Of a stretch of 64,000 nucleotides of DNA, positions 51,416 through 63,400 are shown in pieces. Origin of the DNA: Takakia lepidozioides (Eukaryota > Plantae > Bryophyta); the NCBI GenBank assembly GCA_030704615.1, contig CM060731.1, forward strand, positions 93,806,001 to 93,870,000. The letters run 5' to 3'. Under the pieces are notes generated by a model. It did no database searches and was not told where the DNA came from. It saw only the letters and a list, made by a program, of their open reading frames with translations. Each line of letters starts with the position of its first letter. The first letter of the stretch is position 1. A program made the position numbers and the translations under genes.

Positions 51416-52970
51416 CCGAATTGCGGCACCAAAATACCGTTCCGTTCACCGGATGCTGTTCCCGGAGCAGCCGACATTGAATGAAATATCCGCACATCAC
51501 GAAACCCAACTGCCATGAAAATCCCCTGCCTATGACATTCAACAGTCAGGTCGTAACGTTTCATCAGCGGACGGATGAATTTCGGCGCCGAAATTCATCC
51601 TATTCAAGTGCTTTCATGCACAAACTTATGAATTTCGGCGCCGCAATTCATCGCTTCCCCAGTCCTCATCCATCATGAGCAAACCTGTCAGTCGGATATC
51701 GGAGCCGAAATTAATTCCGGGACAGTGGAGATGGTTGCACCTGGGCACATTTCATCCATATTTCGGCGCCAAAATTCATCCAGCGCGAAGACTAAATCGG
51801 CACCATGCTACGCTTTGCCGCCATCATTGCCCCTCACGGATGCTGTCCATGCTTGTTGGACTTGCCATGTCTGGACATTTAACTATAATTTTGGCACCGA
51901 AATTATACTTTATGTGCGGCAACGTCCTGTGCGAAAAAAGACCACTTAATAGATACTGTCAGTTTCAAATGAAAACAACGGCTAAAATGCAATTAATTTT
52001 CCCCCAACATGAAAAAATATCTCCTTTCGACATTGGATAACGGCCTTTTGTAAGACAGAAGGGGTTGAATGTGCCGATTTCTCCATTAAATGCAGAATAT
52101 TCGTGTTATCTTCGTCGGAATGGATTATCTCCAACGAATTTCGGAACATTGCATCATCCAGAAGCAAGAAGTAAGTGTCGGGTTCGGACGAATTTTGGCG
52201 CCGAAATTCATCCGTCGCATAGAAAATGTAATATTACAGTTACTCATTGCGGACAGTAAGGATGAATTTCGGCACCGAAATTCATCCATTTCAAAGAGAA
52301 ATAAATATTGGAGGGAGGGCATTGGATGAATTTCGGCGCCGAAATCCAGCGCTTAAACCCTTAAAAGAATTTGGAGGGATGACTTCGGATGAATTTCGGC
52401 GCCGAAATTCGCGAAGAAAAAAGAAAATTAGAAGGGAGGTCTTGGATGAAATTCGGCGCCGAAATTCATCTATCGCAAGGAAAAAGAAAAAGAAGGGAGG
52501 ACTTCGGATGAATTTCGGCGCCGAAATCCATCCGCAGGACAGCAGAATTAGAGTCGGAAAAGGAGAAGAAGAATGAATTTCGGCTTCGAAATTCATCCAT
52601 TCTGCCTATTCAGGATTAGTGTCAATTCGGATGTGGGCACCGAAATCCGGACACGTGGTGAATCACGACTGTAATCACGAACACATTCATCCGTATTTCG
52701 GCATCCAAATTCAACCCTTACGTGCAGAAACAATTTCATGAAGAAGATGTTCATCCGAATTTTGGCACCGAAATCCATCCGTTGGGTGCTTGCTCAGTTT
52801 CATGAGGTGAACAAATTACGATTTCTGTCGCCGGAATTCATCCTCTGGCTTCCAAATCTGTTACGTGACAGAGATGTTCATCCAGATTTTGGTGCCGAAA
52901 TTCATGGGAAGGCCTTATTTATTGTAGCCCAAGTGGTGGTACATCACAATTCAGGCACCAAATATCCGAT
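51416..52970. repeat. About 20 copies of the 28-bp palindrome GGATGAATTTCGGCGCCGAAATTCATCC in the divergent intergenic region
   Basis: Perfect copy 51573-51600; cores mostly 62-65 bp apart. Confidence 0.9.
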
Positions 52971-53152
52971 GTGAACTTGCTGTTGTCGTCCGTTTTTGTA
53001 ACGTACGTTACACACCTTCATCGATACGTGCACTGATCACCCATCATGTTGGATACAGAATCCTCCAAAAAATCATTGTGGTGTTAGGTAGGACACACTC
53101 TTCTCATTGCACGACTTCGCTGCGGAGCGTACCGAGAGGTCCCGTCTTCAAC

Positions 53153-56100
53153 ATGGACTCCCGTGTTTGGGTAAACGTGTACTTCCATCCTGATTCTCTG
53201 AAAGCTAAAATACCCTGCGACCAAGGATTTGCGATTGTCACTGAGCAGTACTTGTGTGTGAAGTTCGGGCTCCGCCCTGGAACGGTGTTTTTGGAAGAGG
53301 AGACGAAGGATGCTTATGGAAATTTTTTGGAAAGTGCCCCCGTCATTCTGCATGCAGATTTCGGAAAAGGCAAAGAGTGGCAGCTCCCAGCTTCTGAATC
53401 CATCCGGTACAGTGCAATTGGTGAAATCGTGCCTAAAGAGTTCCCACGCTGGAACTTGGTTGATCTTCCTTCCACAAGAGGGTCTGGCGTGCAAGATGTG
53501 AAGTCTGCCATGAAGGATGTGGGCACCTCTTCACAAGCAGAGAAGCCCAAACATGTGAAAAGGGAAATCCAGGAAAACAGGGAAACAATCGTCCACGACT
53601 TATCCAGTGACGATGAAGACTGTATGGTCCTTCCATCGTATGTTTCGAAGTCGTCCGTCACTAGGAGTGTTCAGAAGTCGGCAAACAATGAGCACACACC
53701 CTCCGACTCAACTTCCGTCCGCTCAGTAATCGACATATTGCGGAGAATGAAGACAATGGGTTCCTGCTCCAGTGACCTTCTTAGGCTTGATTACGACAAA
53801 ACTCCAATCCATTCTATGGAAACTTTGCCTGATGTTGTGGATGGGAATGCTATCTACGAGTTCCCTCCAGTGCCGGCAGGCGCAGGCCCAGACGGCATGC
53901 TGGCAGGAATGAACAGGAAACATGACGGCCACCCTTGGTGTGTCACCAAAACTTCATCGTCCAACCTGGGTGATGGAGTTCGAGTGAGATATGTATTGTG
54001 TGCTGGGCATCTTAAATGTTTCTCGAGCACATGTTACCATTACACGAGCAAAGGCACCCGGAATGAGACTGACTGGATTGGCAATTCGTCGACCCTATTT
54101 TGGCCTCAAGGTAGAGTTCCTGCAGGGACGTTCAAGTGTGCCCATTGCAACGCAGCCCCTACGTGCATGGCAGTGTGCAACGCCAAGCAGTACTACGTCG
54201 GGACCGTCGGCCCAGCGTGCACCAGAGCATGCATTCACATCGGAAAGCATGACCACCCCGTCGGCAGAGGCAATTGCAGAGTCGCTTTTCAACAAGCCCA
54301 CGATATTATCAAGGAGGAGGTGAGGTTCAGGCCGGGAGCAAAACCAAAGCAAATACAGCTCGCATCCGCACATAGAATTGCAATTGGCAGAATAATGTCG
54401 GAGGATGGAAGCACAAGAGAGAAGCTGGGCGAGGGGGACATGAAGGAGCTGCTGGAAGCTGTCTCCCATGTGTGCAGCCCCAATGTCAGGAACCACATTG
54501 TCGGCTGCAAGAAACGAATCGGAAGAGGATCAGACATGCACTCCATCTTGGAAGTGAAGCGCACATGCAGCTACGACTTCATCCAAGGCAGCTTCTTTCC
54601 TGGTCAAGGCTCAAAGACGGACAGGTGCTTCATATTTAAGATGTCAACGTGTGGACCGGGGAGCGGCGTCGATTTGGTGAAGCGGATGACCAGTGGAGAC
54701 CTCTCAAATTGCTGGGTCATGTTCGACCACATCCGGCGAATTACCAACCACGATTGGATGACAATGGGGGCACATGTATACGACCCACATTGTAGAAAGT
54801 TGATGACCATTGCTATCTGCGAAATGAAAGGAGAAGACACAGATTCGGAGTTGCATATGTGGCGCGAAATTAATGAGCAAATGGCGAGAGCGAAGTTGCC
54901 CCCTCCCGATTTTAGGGGCTTCATGGCTGACCATGCCCAGGCAAACTGGGCTGCAGTTAGGAGGGTATATGGGGATGACCCAAAGACTCCAATGGAAGGT
55001 AAGGAGAGATCTTGCGGGTTCCACTTCATGCAGAGTTTGACGCAAAACACGAAAAGTGTCGCGGCCCTTTGCCTTGAGGGCAGGGGGTCGGGACACATGA
55101 GGGGCTGCCCCTGTGGTGGGGGCAGCGGCAGCGATAGGTATGGGGGGCTGAAGCACCCTTGAGTGCCCAAGGCACTCAGGGAAGCGGAGGCGCTCACTAG
55201 ATGGAGCCCCGCACACCGGGTTGCGGTGGGGGTGGCTCCACAAGGGGTGGTGGTAGCTTAGCGGGACTTAGTGGGGGTGGCATAGGACTCACCATGGGGG
55301 CGGAGACCTCGTGGCGGGAGTCGTGGGGAGTCTTGGGACCCATCACGGTCCATAGGGGCCGTGGTGAGTGGGCCAAGACTCACCGCGACTCATCACCGGG
55401 AGTCGAGGGTTTTCGTGGTGGTTCGCCATAAAATGGCATGGCTGGTTGTGAAACCCCCGCGGACAGCTACAGAAGTATATATAAGGGGAGTAGTGACCCC
55501 GAGAACGGTGCAAGCCCGTTGGTGACCAAAAACTAGTGAGTAAGCGAGCGAGCCGGAAAGCGACCAAAGAGTGGGGAGCTGTTCCGGACTGCCATCTACC
55601 AAAGGGAATTCTCCTAGTCCCAAATAGGTGGAGGGTTTAGTGGGAAGCGAAGGGGGACCGTTATGTCCCGGTGAGCAGCCGAAGCTCCAAGTTGGCCCGG
55701 GCGGCCAGGTTGGGAGTCAGGCGCGCGCATCAAAGCGAGTAACTATGACTTGAAGGGGAGCTTACCGAAGTGAGGTGCGCGACAAAAAGGTTCGTGGCGT
55801 CACGCCACCGGCAGGATCATATCAGTATGTGCCTTGCGTGGAAAAATGCGAATTCCATCGACGAGGCGGAGACCGAGTTTGCAACCATACGCGCCTGGTG
55901 GGTGTCTTCAGGGGCAATGGATGTGAAAGATCAGCCAGATTTGCAAACGTGGCTTGCGTGGTGGCACTATAGATTCCGCCAGTTTGGAGACTACATGAGA
56001 CAGGTAACACATTTCTGTACTTGACAATTGTTCTGTTTTGTGCTTGGACATTCTCCACAATGATTGACATTTCTAATTTCCTTCAACAGGACATGAGCTT

Positions 56101-57403
56101 GGAGGATGACACGGATATGCCGATGACGAACATGGCCGAATCGGTGCACTCTTCCTGGCGTGCTTCCTCTGCGGCACATCTCGTTGACATGTTGACAGCA
56201 ACAACAGAAGATATTGTGAGGGCCATCATGCAACAATCTTGTTACTACCAGTTTCTGGGAGGAAAGCAATGGGGTATCGGACCAGACAGGCAGGAGATGC
56301 TGATGAGGGCGGCGCATCGTTCGACCGATCCCAAAAAATGGACTGCTGCATTGCGGGAAACAATAAGGTCAACGCTGTTACACAGTCAGGGGAATTGCCT
56401 AGAGGGCGATGTCCGTAGCCGGCCGGTGAAGAGAAGAATTGAGGACATGCCCGGAGGCGACGGGGATTCATGGAGATCAGATATGAACATCCGCACTCAA
56501 CCTCGGGGCGCAACGATGTTGCGTCCCACGCCTCCTCCCAGCAGGACTCGTACCCCCTCTCCTGCAACATCCATGGAATCGCTGCCAGACTCGGGACACC
56601 ATGCCGAGGATGAGCATGTTGCTCCTATTTTCGTTACCCAATACAACATTCCAATCGTGGAGCGAGATGTGTCGGCCTCGTAGTGGAGAATTGCACGGAC
56701 CCGTCCGACATTTCGTGGCAAATGTTGTGCTATTCGTGTCGACACCAACCAGAGATGCAATGAGATGATTTGGAGGAGCCCGCAGGGCGGTGTGCCTGCC
56801 CCTTGCTTCACAGGGAGATTTGTGTGCGCAAAGTTTGTGGAGGCCACACTGAAGGAGTTTTGGTTCTGCAGGCACGACATCATGTCGTGTGTGTTCGGCA
56901 AGCCCAAGTATGGTGTACAAGGCATGCCTGAACCACCGGCAGTCTAGCCTGTGGCAACTGGTACAGATCTTACCCTGGAGGAGGCAGACGCTCTAGGAAG
57001 TGCAGGGTTTTGACTGGTGGAGAGGACAAACGTTCCATGAAATCCAATTCCCAGTCGTCATCCTCCTCCCATGAGAAGCTCTTCGCCCCGCATACCGGTG
57101 GGTGACCCCGCAGCTTGGCCCACCCATCGGTGGGGGAAACTGAAAAGACGGCGGCCACCAACAAAGACGAACGACACCAGGATGGCCAACGCTCTTGCAA
57201 TGCCCTGTATAGTGCAAGGTTGCAGGGATGTTCCTCACCCCGGGATGGGGCACATATTTCAGTTGTCAACAGCCGGGTCTGCTGCGCGCAGTGTCGTGTA
57301 TGCAATCACGGTTTCTCAGTACCCAGCTTGCAACTGTGAGGACTTCCTTGTTATGGAATCGAAGAATGCAGCATACGTCCCCTGCAAACACATTCAGTAT
57401 TAA
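53153..57403 (+). pseudogene. Mutator-like transposase: WRKY/GCM-like Zn DNA-binding region, DDE core, SWIM finger
   Basis: DGHPW..CAGHLKC..C..HIGKHDHP; WVMFDH; FMADHAQANWAAV..CGFH; TNMAESVH; YPACNC..PCKH. Frame is restored on removing the solo LTR (QNTK|RFVA); intron 56004-56089; several TAG/TGA stops after 56680. Confidence 0.88.
55057..55784 (+). mobile_element. Solo LTR of the chromovirus, TSD AAAAG, inside the transposase
   Basis: AAAAG at 55052-55056 and 55785-55789. Confidence 0.95.
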
Positions 57404-60400
57404 AACCCTAACACATGTTCTAACCCTTTGAAATTTAATGGGTCAAGCCATACATAGTCCAATTTGTAAGCCATTCATCTTTCTAACAAGGTTTCCAGGT
57501 CATTCACATTTAGGAAAGAACCTTGGTTTGATATATAACATTTACCACCATATATGCAGATTGTAAACTCATCACAAAAGCAGATTGCAAGTCTGGAGAT
57601 AAATCTCCAAAACCAGGCTCAAAGCATATCAGGTTGGAAATGAAACAATCAGCCACTCATGCCTTAAATTCACAAGCCAATCATAGTAATAATAGGCTTG
57701 GTTATATAAACCAATCACCATCTTCTATGCAGATTGTACAACACACAAACTAGGTTGTATGTTTGAAGATAGTACACCAGACCTAGATAAACACTTCAAG
57801 TACCAACTGAGACAACAAATTTTTGCCAGTTTATATATTGTATATTGGTGACACAATGACATAAGCCAGGACAAAACAAATATCATGATGTTTCATGATA
57901 TAGTCTGTGTTCTAAAATAGTTTATCAGCTTTCTTGCTTACTTTTTCTTAAGTAAGAACATCATAGTACCTAGCAAGGTGTATCAGGACTAGGTTTAGGC
58001 CATGGAAAAGTATCTTAAGGTACCATGACATGTTGGTTGCAGGACCATATCAGCTAATGTTTTAGAATCCATTTTCTGCATATGTCATTTCCTCAAACCC
58101 ACTGCTAGCCTGAAGGTAATCATAGCAGTGCAAACATACAAGCAAGCACTGTAGTGTGAAACCAATGGGGGAAGAATGTTTGGCACTCACTGGATTTTTG
58201 GTCTACAGGGAAGAAGTCTAAAGCCTGGAACTAAATTTCTCTAAGATGATTCTGTTTGAAATATAAGCCTTATGCATTTTTCATTCGTTGAGGGGATGTC
58301 ATTCATCGATGACGTTGCCCTAGAATCACGGGGAAGATGACGAGGAAGGAGATGGTGGGGAACATGCGCAGATGCTGCAACAGATTAGCGGAGCTGTTGT
58401 CAGGGATGACTAACCCTGCTATGCTGGCTTGATTGTTTTGAAGCTTGATTAGCAGTAATGGGGGGACAAAGGGGGCAGCTTGGTGAACTGTGCAGTATCC
58501 ACAGAAAGGAAGCGGTGCCATTTCGTCTTGATGCACACTTGCTGTGGAACTCGCTGGAAGATAAGCACGAGGAAGCAACTTGGCCACGGGGAGCCTGCAG
58601 TTAGACTAGCTATGTGTGCCGAGTAGAGCAGAATAGGAGGCTCGGGATGTTGTTGCGATTTTTGTCAACCTGTGGTTATCTCTGAGAATGGGGTTAAGTA
58701 GCAGCAATAAAGGGAGGGGATGAGTGACAGCATGGGAGCAGCTTGGTCACCTATGAGTCTGCCAGCGGAAGGAGCAAAGAAGTCATTTTTGAAGGAGTAG
58801 CCAATGCTCGCTGGAAGCTAGATGTGCAAGGGATCAATACTGATGCGGCAAGCAATGGATTGAGCAGGACTGTGAACAGTAGGTTATCACGTTCATTCTG
58901 CCATCTCGTGACTTGCTTTAGAAAGTGAGTTAATTAGCAAGTAGGGCAAGAAGATAAATGGTAGATAGTGGAGCAGCTTATCTATCTGTATTGCTGCCAC
59001 AGAAGTAAGCGGTGCCATCAATGTTTTATGAATTAACAAGGGTTTGTTGAAGGCAGAGCCATGGCTTGATAACTCTTGCCATTGGAGAAGCGCCATAGGT
59101 AGCAGCAAGCGGCAGATGCCAAGTTAGCTGCTGACGAGGATGTACAGGCTAGAATGGGCAGGGAGCTCCACCGGCTGGTCCTAAGTATAAAGCAACCAAG
59201 TAAGATGAAGTTTCTCTCCTTTTGGTGGTGGATAAGTTAGAGATGTTTTTACTAGAGGGACTCTGAAGAAGGTTGGAGAGGTTGTAATGCTTTGAAAAAT
59301 GGAATGGAATGGTGGCATGGATTTCAGACCAGTAAGGTGTTGAGGGAATGTGAGCCAATGCAAGTATCTTTGGGAATATTGATTGAAGGGTGTCACGCGG
59401 CTTTTGCTCACCCATCCCTTCGCTATCCGAGGCGGAAACTCCAAGATAGAAGAGTTGGAAATCTCTAAGCACTCAGCCCGCTCAGAATAATCAGTCATGA
59501 CCTACAGCTAGTGTATCATGGGGGTGTTTCCTATTTGTTTTCCTTCTCACATTCATGTTAGCTAGTTACCTTACTGTTGGTAATTAAGTATCAGTTTGCT
59601 TCAGCAATCTATCGGATCCCATCAACTCATCCATTCATTCCACAGCTTCACTCAGATCTCTCTACACAGTGTGAATATGAAGTATGTATCAGATTAATAT
59701 CTATCGAGTATCAGGCTGAAGCCATGGAGTCTCTAATCTGCTCTACATTACAACTCTACTGCTTGCATTCATTAAGCATCAACAGATCTCCCTCCTTCCG
59801 CTCAGAGATGCGCTCTCTCCTCCTTTCCTCCCGTGATGTCCGAAGTCCCCTCTCCAAGTGATCTCTCCCCCTTCTCCCAGAATTCCCCAAGAAGTGATGT
59901 TTCTCCCGTCCTCGCTCCTGGCTTTATCTTCCTACCCGTTGTTCTAACCGTTTCCCTCACTAACCGTCGTCATCCGTGTACTAACATGTTCCATTCGCAG
60001 ATGTTGTTCCCCACAGTCGTTCCCTGTCCTGCTATCCGTTCCCTATGGTCGTGACAACTGTGTCAAGCTGTGACTGGCTGTGCGACTGTGTTGGGCTGTG
60101 TCGACTGTGTCAAGCTATGACTGGCTGTGACGGCTGTGTCTGGCTGTGTCGGCTGTGTCGGACTGTGACGGGCTGTGTTGGCTGTGATGGGCTGTGTCGG
60201 GCTGTGACGAGCTATGTTGACTGTGTCTGGCTGTGTCGGCTGTGTCGGACTGTGACGGGCTGTGTTGGCTGTGACGGGCTGTGTAACCCCCCTCTAAAGT
60301 GCGCTGTTGTCATCCCTAAGGCTCCTGTTGGTCTCAGTCTGTGCAAAAATTAAGGGTACCCCACAGATCACGTATAAGTGTCTAAGTCCCAGACAATCCT

Positions 60401-60406
60401 CTAACA
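57400..60406 (-). mobile_element. Probable long 3' LTR of a third LTR-retrotransposon family (left end uncertain)
   Basis: PPT gagaggggaaggggtaa (60423-60407) is followed directly by TGTTAG at 60406; non-coding to ~57400, where the transposase is cut. Confidence 0.5.
59391..60284. mobile_element. LTR-like repeat family B (59391-60056) + 9-bp tandem (60057-60284)
   Basis: TGTCACG...CGTGACA termini; homologous to 13252-14027. Confidence 0.7.
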
Positions 60407-60438
60407 TTACCCCTTCCCCTCTCAAAAAAACCGTGTCC

Positions 60439-63400
60439 TCACGGTTTACTTATTGGGATTAGCAAACCTTTGTGAGCGAGTACCTTTCTGACGTTGAGAG
60501 TCTCGTGAAGGACTCTGTGTATGAGCCCGAGGTCTGTCACTGGTTGACGGAGATGATTGAACACTACCTGGATATGTGAGGCCCTCTGGAGGCTGATATC
60601 GAGGTAATCTTTCAGGCATAGGAGACCCTCGTCGCTTCTTCTCTGCCATCTGAATTGCATAGTCTTCTCCCATGTCAAAAGAGTCCGCTGAAGAAACAGT
60701 TGTATCAGAATCCTCATCTCCTCTCAGGTGTTTTAACTATCGAACTTTTTGTGGAATCCTTTGGGGCATATAATGTTGTCCTACCATGTCTGGAAGTTTA
60801 AATTTTAAAACTTGCTGCAAACGCTGAATGGCAAAATTGGTGAAGACCCTGAGCTCTTTGTCTGTCCAGGTGAGTGGGGTACCAATGACTTGTGAATTGT
60901 GCAAGTATTTCCATCCTTCATGTCCCTTAAAGAAAATATCGTCAGGGCCGAATTTCTGTGTTGACAAATTGTTCCAGGCCGCATGAAACCATTAACGAAT
61001 TTGAGAATCCTTTTGCATCATAACTTTTGCCTCATATAGGTACATATGAGGTGGCACTGAAGGTAAGACCCAATGATCCCCACTGGAATAACTCAGAAAG
61101 CGCGATTGCATCTTGTGCTGCTCAATGTGGTAACGTACCAGAAAACAAGCAGCGTAGTATACCCCACAGCCCATGACAATACTTGCTACCTCCTTGGTCT
61201 TGGTATAAATGAATCCATGTACAACTTGGAAGGCAATTAATTCCTTCAACATGGTACCTGCCTCATGCCAGTACTGCGCAAAGTGATGATCCTCAATGGG
61301 TCGATTGTTTGGAAGTACCTTAGTTCTAGTTGCCACTGGCAGCCATATGCGCATGATTTGATAGTAATGTGCCAATGATTGCGGAGGACTAAATTCTTTC
61401 CAAACCAAATCCAACACAATGGGAATTTGGTTGAAGGGCATAATCATAGCCCTACTGTACTCTCTTGCAGCTGGAGTTTTAGGTGGGTTAAAAGCAGCAT
61501 TTCCCCATACCTCAGGCTGTGGTGGCTGTGGTGTGGCTGTAGTAACAACAGGGTCAGCTACTGGCACAGTGACTTGTTGTGGTGTTGGTGGCACTGGCTT
61601 TTGTACCATTGGCATCTCCTGCACCTCCTGTGAAGAAGACTGAAAAGCCAAAGTTCTCGCTTTTAAATAAGAAGCCATTAGCTGTTCCTCAGGTACACAG
61701 ACTTTGTTGTCGATATTTGAAGTGAGGTCCTCCACTTGAGTCTGCAGGCCGTCTACATCCTCCTGTAACTCCGTTATCCTACTATAGACATTGTCTATAG
61801 TAGTTGTGGCAATGTTCTGCACTTGCAGTCTAAGCTCATTCATCTCGCTTTGGGTGAGCTTTCGTGGTGTTTTGCCCTCCACTGGCCCTTGTGCTAACCA
61901 GACCTGCATAAGGTGGTTATCCACTAAGTTGTTTGTGGTACCTCTGAGAGTCTGCTCCTCTCTGAGTTTGTACATATCTAACTGCTGTTGTAAAGCCTCC
62001 ATGCGCTTCGCATGAGGTTCAACCAAATTTGCATAGGCAGCAAGCAGATTATTGGCTTCCTTCCGAGCCTTGTTAGTGACAGAGATTTCATTTCTATTGG
62101 CCACGATTGTTTGTTGCAACTCCAGTATGTGTCTCTCTTGGTCAGCTTCAACCTGTCTGTATTGCTTGAAAGTATCCTCATTGCGACAGATTGTATTCTT
62201 CATATCGACAATGAGTTTCACTTGCTCAACATTTTCTGCCTCTGCCTTCGTACATCTTTCCGCTTGACTGTTTATTTCAATTGTAGATTGGTCAAGCATA
62301 GTCGTGAGTGTAGCACATTGGATGGCCATCCTGTCATGCACTGTCTGCAACTCCGTATGTAGTGCATTCACTTGTTGCAACTTGCTTTCATGCTTCACTT
62401 GCATTTGGTATAGCTGTTGCTTATGTGCTTCGTGCAACTGGTCTTGCGCGAGGCCTGCCTCAATCAATTGTTCCTTGGCCAATTGCAAAGCCGCTTCTGT
62501 ACTCTCCAAGTCTTGTTGCATCTTGAGAGTGACCTCTTCATCGACTTTATTTGCACACTTTGTGGCAAGTCGAGCCTCAAACTCCTTCCTGAGTTCCTCC
62601 CTCAAAGCTGCCAATTGAGTAGTGGGAACATGTGATTTGACACAAGTACCCAACAAATTAAGTGTCATGTTTATGGAACTCATAAGCATCGCCTGTTGAG
62701 GGTCATCTTGGTGAGCTTGCTGCTGTTCTCCCTGATCCTCAATAGTGTGATGCCTTACGAACCACTCAGGCCATTGCCCCACCAGATTTTCTTCCTGAAC
62801 CACTCCATCCGTCACTGGTGCTGCAGTGTATTGGCATTCTACCTGTGGTACCTCCGTCACAGGTGTGTGTATTATATGCGCCGCAGGGTTTCCCCTGGAC
62901 AACCGTTGCACCTCCGGAATCACTGTGTCCTTGACCATACCAGAATATTCATAGAGAAGGTCCCCCTTCTCAATTTCTGCCACCACCTGTTCTGTAGTGG
63001 GAATATCTAACCCTTCTTTTTCTAAATCAATTATTTCTGGTTGAACTGCATGGACAACTTGTGGTAACTTTGTGACAAGCCGATCATCTGGCTGTGATGG
63101 CTGTGATACTGAAGTAACTTCCTCTTCCCTCTCTGAAGGTCCTGCTTCCAGTAATAGCAGTTCTCTGTGCTGTTGTGCCCCTTCCTGCACAAGAGCTTGG
63201 GAAACATTATTATGCGGATTCCGTGAAACCAGTGGATCCGCCACTACAATCTTTCCCCGTCTCTGTCTCTTAGTCTCGGGTTGCCCTGCCAATCCACCCT
63301 CACTGTGTGAAGAGTCTTGCTCTTCCATTGCAGTGGTTTCTGGCTCAAACACTCCCATCTCCTTTCTTTCTCGCGCATCAAGTATGCCAGAATCAAGAAT

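Larger units (their letters stand above)
27198..57403 (+). mobile_element. Large Mutator-like DNA transposon carrying ParB-MTase-like cargo, interrupted by four chromovirus insertions; right end cut off
   Basis: Transposase 53153-57403, divergent cargo gene 50909-29118, and a shared ATTTCGGCGCCGAAAT motif from 27349 to 52970; boundaries approximate, no TSD seen. Confidence 0.65.

Noticed and set aside
52186-52970. CRISPR array (28-bp repeats with ~35-bp spacers)
   Set aside because: Repeats are full palindromes that degenerate irregularly, several spacers share purine-rich ends, no cas genes are present, and the context is eukaryotic with introns.
57401-57411. Telomere addition (aaaccctaa) at the transposase breakpoint
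   Set aside because: Only about one repeat unit; more likely part of the adjacent LTR end or chance.
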